A stretch of 32,000 nucleotides of DNA. Source: Flavobacteriaceae bacterium (GTDB lineage Bacteria; Bacteroidota; Bacteroidia; Flavobacteriales; Flavobacteriaceae). This document shows positions 28,111 through 32,000 of the stretch, in pieces; position 1 is the first letter of the stretch, and each line of letters opens with the position of its first letter. Position numbers and translations under genes: made by a program. A model generated the notes under the pieces. It did no database searches. It worked only from the letters and a program-made list of their open reading frames with translations, and had not been told where the DNA came from. The stretch covers positions 1,260,001-1,292,000 of the forward strand of contig OZ245049.1 of NCBI GenBank assembly GCA_965224465.1, read 5' to 3'.

Positions 28111-28908
28111 TTAAATTTCGTTTGATGGTTTACCGATAGTCGCTAAAATACCACCATCTACATAGACCACTTGTCCGTTAACAAAATCACTAGCTTTAGA
28201 ACTTAAAAACACAGCAGCTCCTTGTAAATCTTCTGGATCTCCCCAACGAGCAGCAGGAGTTCTGTTGATGATAAATTCGTTAAATGGATGTCCATCTACA
28301 CGAATAGGTTCTGTTTGACTTGTTGCAAAATACCCTGGCCCAATTCCATTGGTTTGGATATTAAATCTAGCCCATTCAGTCGCCATACTTTTGGTCAACA
28401 TCTTTAAGCCTCCTTTTGCCGCAGCATAAGCACTTACAGAATCTCTTCCCAACTCACTCATCATAGAACACATATTGATGATTTTACCCCCAACATTGCG
28501 TTTAATCATACTTTTTGCAACATGTTTAGCCATAATAAATGGCCCTACTAAATCCACTTTAATTACCGCTTCAAAATCAGCAACTTCCATATCTACAATA
28601 GGCGTACGTTTGATAATCCCCGCATTATTGATCAAAATATCAATAGGACCAACCTCAGCTTCTATTTGTGCGATACCTGCCATTACAGCAACTTCGTCTG
28701 TAACATCAAATAAATACCCATGCGCAGTAATTCCTGCTGCTGCATATTCTTTAATCGCATCGTCTACTTTTTGTTGAGAAGAATGTTCGTTCACCACAAT
28801 TATAGCTCCTGCATTCCCTAAACCTTTAGCCATTGCCATTCCCAATCCGTGTACAGCACCTGTTACTAATGCTACTTTTCCTTTTAAATCAAATAAATTT
28901 ACTGACAT
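28111..28908 (-). CDS. Short-chain dehydrogenase of the gluconate 5-dehydrogenase / 2-deoxy-D-gluconate 3-dehydrogenase (KduD-like) group
   Basis: 265-aa SDR with TGAVHGLG, NNAG and YAAAKGG motifs. The tail RTPAARWGDPEDLQGAAVFLSSKASDFVNGQVVYVDGG closely resembles IdnO/KduD-type enzymes. Confidence 0.9.
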   Translation of the reverse strand: MSVNLFDLKGKVALVTGAVHGLGMAMAKGLGNAGAIIVVNEHSSQQKVDDAIKEYAAAGITAHGYLFDVTDEVAVMAGIAQIEAEVGPIDILINNAGIIKRTPIVDMEVADFEAVIKVDLVGPFIMAKHVAKSMIKRNVGGKIINMCSMMSELGRDSVSAYAAAKGGLKMLTKSMATEWARFNIQTNGIGPGYFATSQTEPIRVDGHPFNEFIINRTPAARWGDPEDLQGAAVFLSSKASDFVNGQVVYVDGGILATIGKPSNEI

Positions 28909-28928
28909 AATTTTTTAAGTTTTTGTGA

Positions 28929-29771
28929 TTATTTTAAATCTGTAATATTGCAAATATCCATATCTCCATAGTCTAAGTTTTCACCTGCCATACCCCAAAT
29001 AAAGATGTAGTTACTAGTTCCAGATCCTGAATGAATAGACCAAGGTGGAGAAATTACCGCCTCATTATTATGTAACCATATATGACGTGTTTCATCTGGC
29101 TGTCCCATAAAATGACATACAGCTTGATTTTCTGGTACTTCAAAGTAAAAATACACTTCCATTCTACGATCATGTACGTGTGCAGGCATTGTATTCCAAA
29201 CAGACCCCGCTTTTAACTCGGTCATCCCCATTTGCAACTGACAGGTTTGTACAACACTATTTACAATCAATTTTCTAATAGTACGTGCATTTGCTGTTTC
29301 TAAAGCTCCCATCTCTACAACTTCTGCATCCTCTTGAGTCACTTTTTTTGTAGGAAAAGTTTTATGAGCATTTGTAGAGTTTAGATAAAACTTCGCTGGA
29401 TTTTTTGAGTCAGCACTCGAAAAAACAACCTTTTTATTTCCTCTCCCAACATATAAAGCTTCTTTATACTCTAATTCAAACGTTTCTCCATCAACAGTTA
29501 CTGTTCCTTTTCCTCCTACATTTATCACCCCAAGCTCTCTTCTTTCTAAAAAATAATCAGCTTTTAAAGGATCAAAACTTGTTAATTCAACATCTTTCGA
29601 TACTGGAGAAACTCCACCAGTTATATATCTATCATAATGGGAGTACACAAAGTTTAGCGTATTCTCTTGCATGATGTTTTGAACTAAAAATTCACTCCTT
29701 AATCGCTCTGTATCAAAAGTTTTAACTTCAGTTGGCGATGACGCATATCTTGTTTGAAATTGATTTTCCAT
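28929..29771 (-). CDS. kduI: 5-dehydro-4-deoxy-D-glucuronate isomerase
   Basis: 280-aa ORF collinear with E. coli KduI (FLERRELGVINVGG ... WNTMPAHVHDRRMEVYFYF ... GQPDETRHIW ... ISPPWSIHSG ... FIWGMAGEN). Confidence 0.94.
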   Translation of the reverse strand: MENQFQTRYASSPTEVKTFDTERLRSEFLVQNIMQENTLNFVYSHYDRYITGGVSPVSKDVELTSFDPLKADYFLERRELGVINVGGKGTVTVDGETFELEYKEALYVGRGNKKVVFSSADSKNPAKFYLNSTNAHKTFPTKKVTQEDAEVVEMGALETANARTIRKLIVNSVVQTCQLQMGMTELKAGSVWNTMPAHVHDRRMEVYFYFEVPENQAVCHFMGQPDETRHIWLHNNEAVISPPWSIHSGSGTSNYIFIWGMAGENLDYGDMDICNITDLK

Positions 29772-29814
29772 GTGTTTTTGTTATAAATTCTTTGTAAAAA
29801 TAGTAAAATATTTT

Positions 29815-29838
29815 AAAAATACAATCGATTGTATTTTT
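29815..29838. promoter_or_regulatory. Perfect 24-bp palindrome, candidate LacI-family operator in the kduI/lacI-like divergent region
   Basis: AAAAATACAATC|GATTGTATTTTT has a central CG, as in many LacI-family operators. It lies 44 nt from the kduI start and 76 nt from the regulator start. Confidence 0.5.
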
Positions 29839-29858
29839 ATTTTTAATTTGTATCTTTG
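29828..29858 (+). promoter_or_regulatory. Promoter candidate for the LacI-family gene, overlapping the palindrome
   Basis: ATTG (29828-29831), a 19-nt spacer, then TATCTTTG (29851-29858). Confidence 0.35.
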
Positions 29859-29913
29859 TACAAACGAAACTCTGTATTATATTTACAACTAGAAAACAAG
29901 CCGCTATATTCAA

Positions 29914-30929
29914 ATGAAAAACAATAATGTAACTATACACGATATCTCGAAGGCTTTAGGCATTGATAGTTCTACGGTATCTCGCGCCTTAAACAACAGT
30001 GATCGTGTTTCAAAAAAAACGAAGGAGAAAATAATAAATAAAGCAGCCGAGTTGGGCTATCAACGCAATAGTTTGGCTTCTAAACTAAGAACAAACCGCA
30101 CCAATACCATTGGAGTAATTGTACCTCGTATCTCAAGACATTTTTTCTCTTCTGTAATTGCGGGAATAGAAGAAACTGCTTTTAAGGCTGGTTTTGATGT
30201 TATTATTTGTCAATCATTAGAGAGTATCGATAGAGAAAAGAAACTTGTAGAAACTTTATTATCAAACAGGGTCGATGGCATTTTAATATCTATTTCTATG
30301 GAGACTACTAGTTATGATCATTTAAATAACTACAAAAAAAACGGATTCCCTCTGATATTTTTTGACAGACCTTGTAATGTACAGGAAAACACAAATGTAA
30401 TTATAGATGATTTCAAAGCTAGTTTTAAAGCTACAGAACATCTTATAGAAAGAGGGTGTAGACATATTGCACATTTTTCAGGTCCTCAAAATTTAGAATT
30501 GTATCAGAATAGAAAATCCGGATATTTGGAAGCTTTAAAAGTACATGGAATCCCAATTTCAGAAGCGCTAATTATAGAAACACAACTGATGCAAAAAGAT
30601 GGAATAACAGCCGCCAAAGCCATTTTAAAATTACCCAAGATAGACGGCGTATTTTCTGCCAATGATACCGCAGCCATAAGTGCCATACAATATTTAAAGA
30701 GCCAACAAATTAACATTCCAAATGACATTGCTTTTGTCGGATTTAGTAACGAACCCATTTCAGCGTCATAGAACCATCATTAAGTACCATAAACCAACCT
30801 GATTTTGAGATGGGAATTGTGGCTTCTTCATTATTATTTGAACAAATAAAAGATAAAAAATATGCTTCGGAAAATCAAACAAAAATATTAACTCCATCAC
30901 TTATCATCAGGAACTCATCAAAATTTTAA
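29914..30929 (+). pseudogene. LacI-family transcriptional regulator interrupted by a 1-nt frameshift near 30764
   Basis: Frame 1 (29914-30771) encodes the HTH (TIHDISKALGIDSSTVSRALNN) and most of the sugar-binding domain, then stops at ...FSNEPISAS*. Frame 3 continues from 30765 as VIEPSLSTINQPDFEMGIVASSLLFEQIKDKKY...SSKF* (stop at 30927-30929), which is the expected LacI-family C-terminus. Confidence 0.8.
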
Positions 30930-31023
30930 TTTTAAAGCAACACATTAAATAGCACTAAGAACCCCATGTTTAATCCGCTACAAATTAGTTATCCCCTGCT
31001 AGGAACCTCATACATATAATTTT

Positions 31024-32000
31024 ATGAAACATCTTTTATCCTTGCTGTTTTTTATGATTTCAATGTTGTCAAACAGCATTGTTTGTCAAGAAGAAAACCA
31101 CGACTCAAGTCATTTAAAATTCAAACACTTAACAACCAAAGACGGACTTTCTCAAGGCTCTGTTATTGCAATTTTACAAGACAAAAAAGGATATATATGG
31201 TTTGGGACAAGGGATGGACTCAATAAATATGACGGATCTAAATTTGTAGTATATCGCCACAACTCCGAAAACAAAAACAGCATTTCACACAGTTGGATTA
31301 CTGCCATCTATGAAGACACCAATGGTACTTTATGGGTTGGAACCAAAAACGGGCTTAACAAATACAATGCACAAAAAGATCAATTTACGGTATACAAGCA
31401 TACTTCCAAGTCTGCAAGTATTTCCGATAATGAAATATGGGATATTATACAACCCTCCGATTCTCATATATGGATTGCTACAAACAAAGGAATTGACCTT
31501 ATAAACCTAACAAACGGACACGTAAGTCCTATTAAAAAAAACACAACTAGTGCAACCACAAGTAGCAAAAAAATAAGAGACCTCTTACAGACTAGCAATG
31601 GAGACATATGGTTTACGACTACAGAAAACATCTATTTTTATGATTCGACCAACCATACCTTTAAACAATATCAATACCCGACCCTAACAAATAACGATGC
31701 ACACATAAACAATGCACCTACCCTATTTCTAAGTGCTAAAAACCAACTATGGTTAGGCTATGGACAAGGACTCTCCAAATTTAATAAGCAAAAGGGGGCA
31801 TTTGAAAACTTTAAACTAAACAATCACATTTCGATTCAAATATCGGTACGTAGTATTTGTGAAGATTACAGAGGAGCTTTATGGATTGGAACCTATAAAG
31901 GTTTGCATATTTTAAACCCCGACAGAACACGGATCAAAAGTGTCCTACATGACGAAAACAACAGAAAAAGTCTGAGTCAAAATTCGATTTACAAAATCAT
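31024..32000 (+). CDS. Hybrid two-component system sensor, N-terminal periplasmic beta-propeller repeats (3' end outside window)
   Basis: Frame 1 is open from the ATG at 31024 to the window end; the ORF track misses it because no stop is reached. It has a signal peptide plus repeated two-component-regulator propeller motifs (DKKGYIWFGTRDGLNKYD, DTNGTLWVGTKNGLNKYN, YRGALWIGTYKGLHILN). Confidence 0.8.
   Translation, partial: MKHLLSLLFFMISMLSNSIVCQEENHDSSHLKFKHLTTKDGLSQGSVIAILQDKKGYIWFGTRDGLNKYDGSKFVVYRHNSENKNSISHSWITAIYEDTNGTLWVGTKNGLNKYNAQKDQFTVYKHTSKSASISDNEIWDIIQPSDSHIWIATNKGIDLINLTNGHVSPIKKNTTSATTSSKKIRDLLQTSNGDIWFTTTENIYFYDSTNHTFKQYQYPTLTNNDAHINNAPTLFLSAKNQLWLGYGQGLSKFNKQKGAFENFKLNNHISIQISVRSICEDYRGALWIGTYKGLHILNPDRTRIKSVLHDENNRKSLSQNSIYKI

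Overview
AT-rich chromosomal segment that looks like a Flavobacteriia (Bacteroidota) genome. Support: a GldF/GldG gliding-motility protein, several exact matches to the Bacteroidota promoter pattern TTTG-N19-TAnnTTTG, no visible Shine-Dalgarno sequences, and a typical pyrG-yidC and phoH-purC arrangement. About 85% is ordinary housekeeping: carB, rpmH, a SulP transporter, pyrG, yidC, purC, phoH, a DUF62/ABM/gldFG cluster, dnaN, acpH, ggt, an AI-2E transporter and a methyltransferase. The right end holds a hexuronate/pectin-type cluster (DUF4861, SDR, kduI), a divergent LacI regulator carrying a 1-nt frameshift, and the start of a hybrid two-component sensor. One intact IS256-family element with 8-bp target duplications lies at 25342-26756. 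I found no rRNA, tRNA or CRISPR array, and no convincing multi-gene novel system such as nucleases, helicases, defence enzymes or secretion machinery. The unexplained content is mostly non-coding. First, a 33-40 nt motif occurs four times in one orientation and brackets two small gene cassettes. Second, a 117-nt element occurs twice in inverted orientation at about 82% identity. Third, two long ORF-free, strongly G-depleted spacers seem partly similar to each other. Fourth, an unannotated 44-codon signal-peptide ORF with its own promoter box and terminator sits next to a 4-TM protein. All coordinates and alignments were done by eye. Identities, structures and family assignments need computational confirmation.
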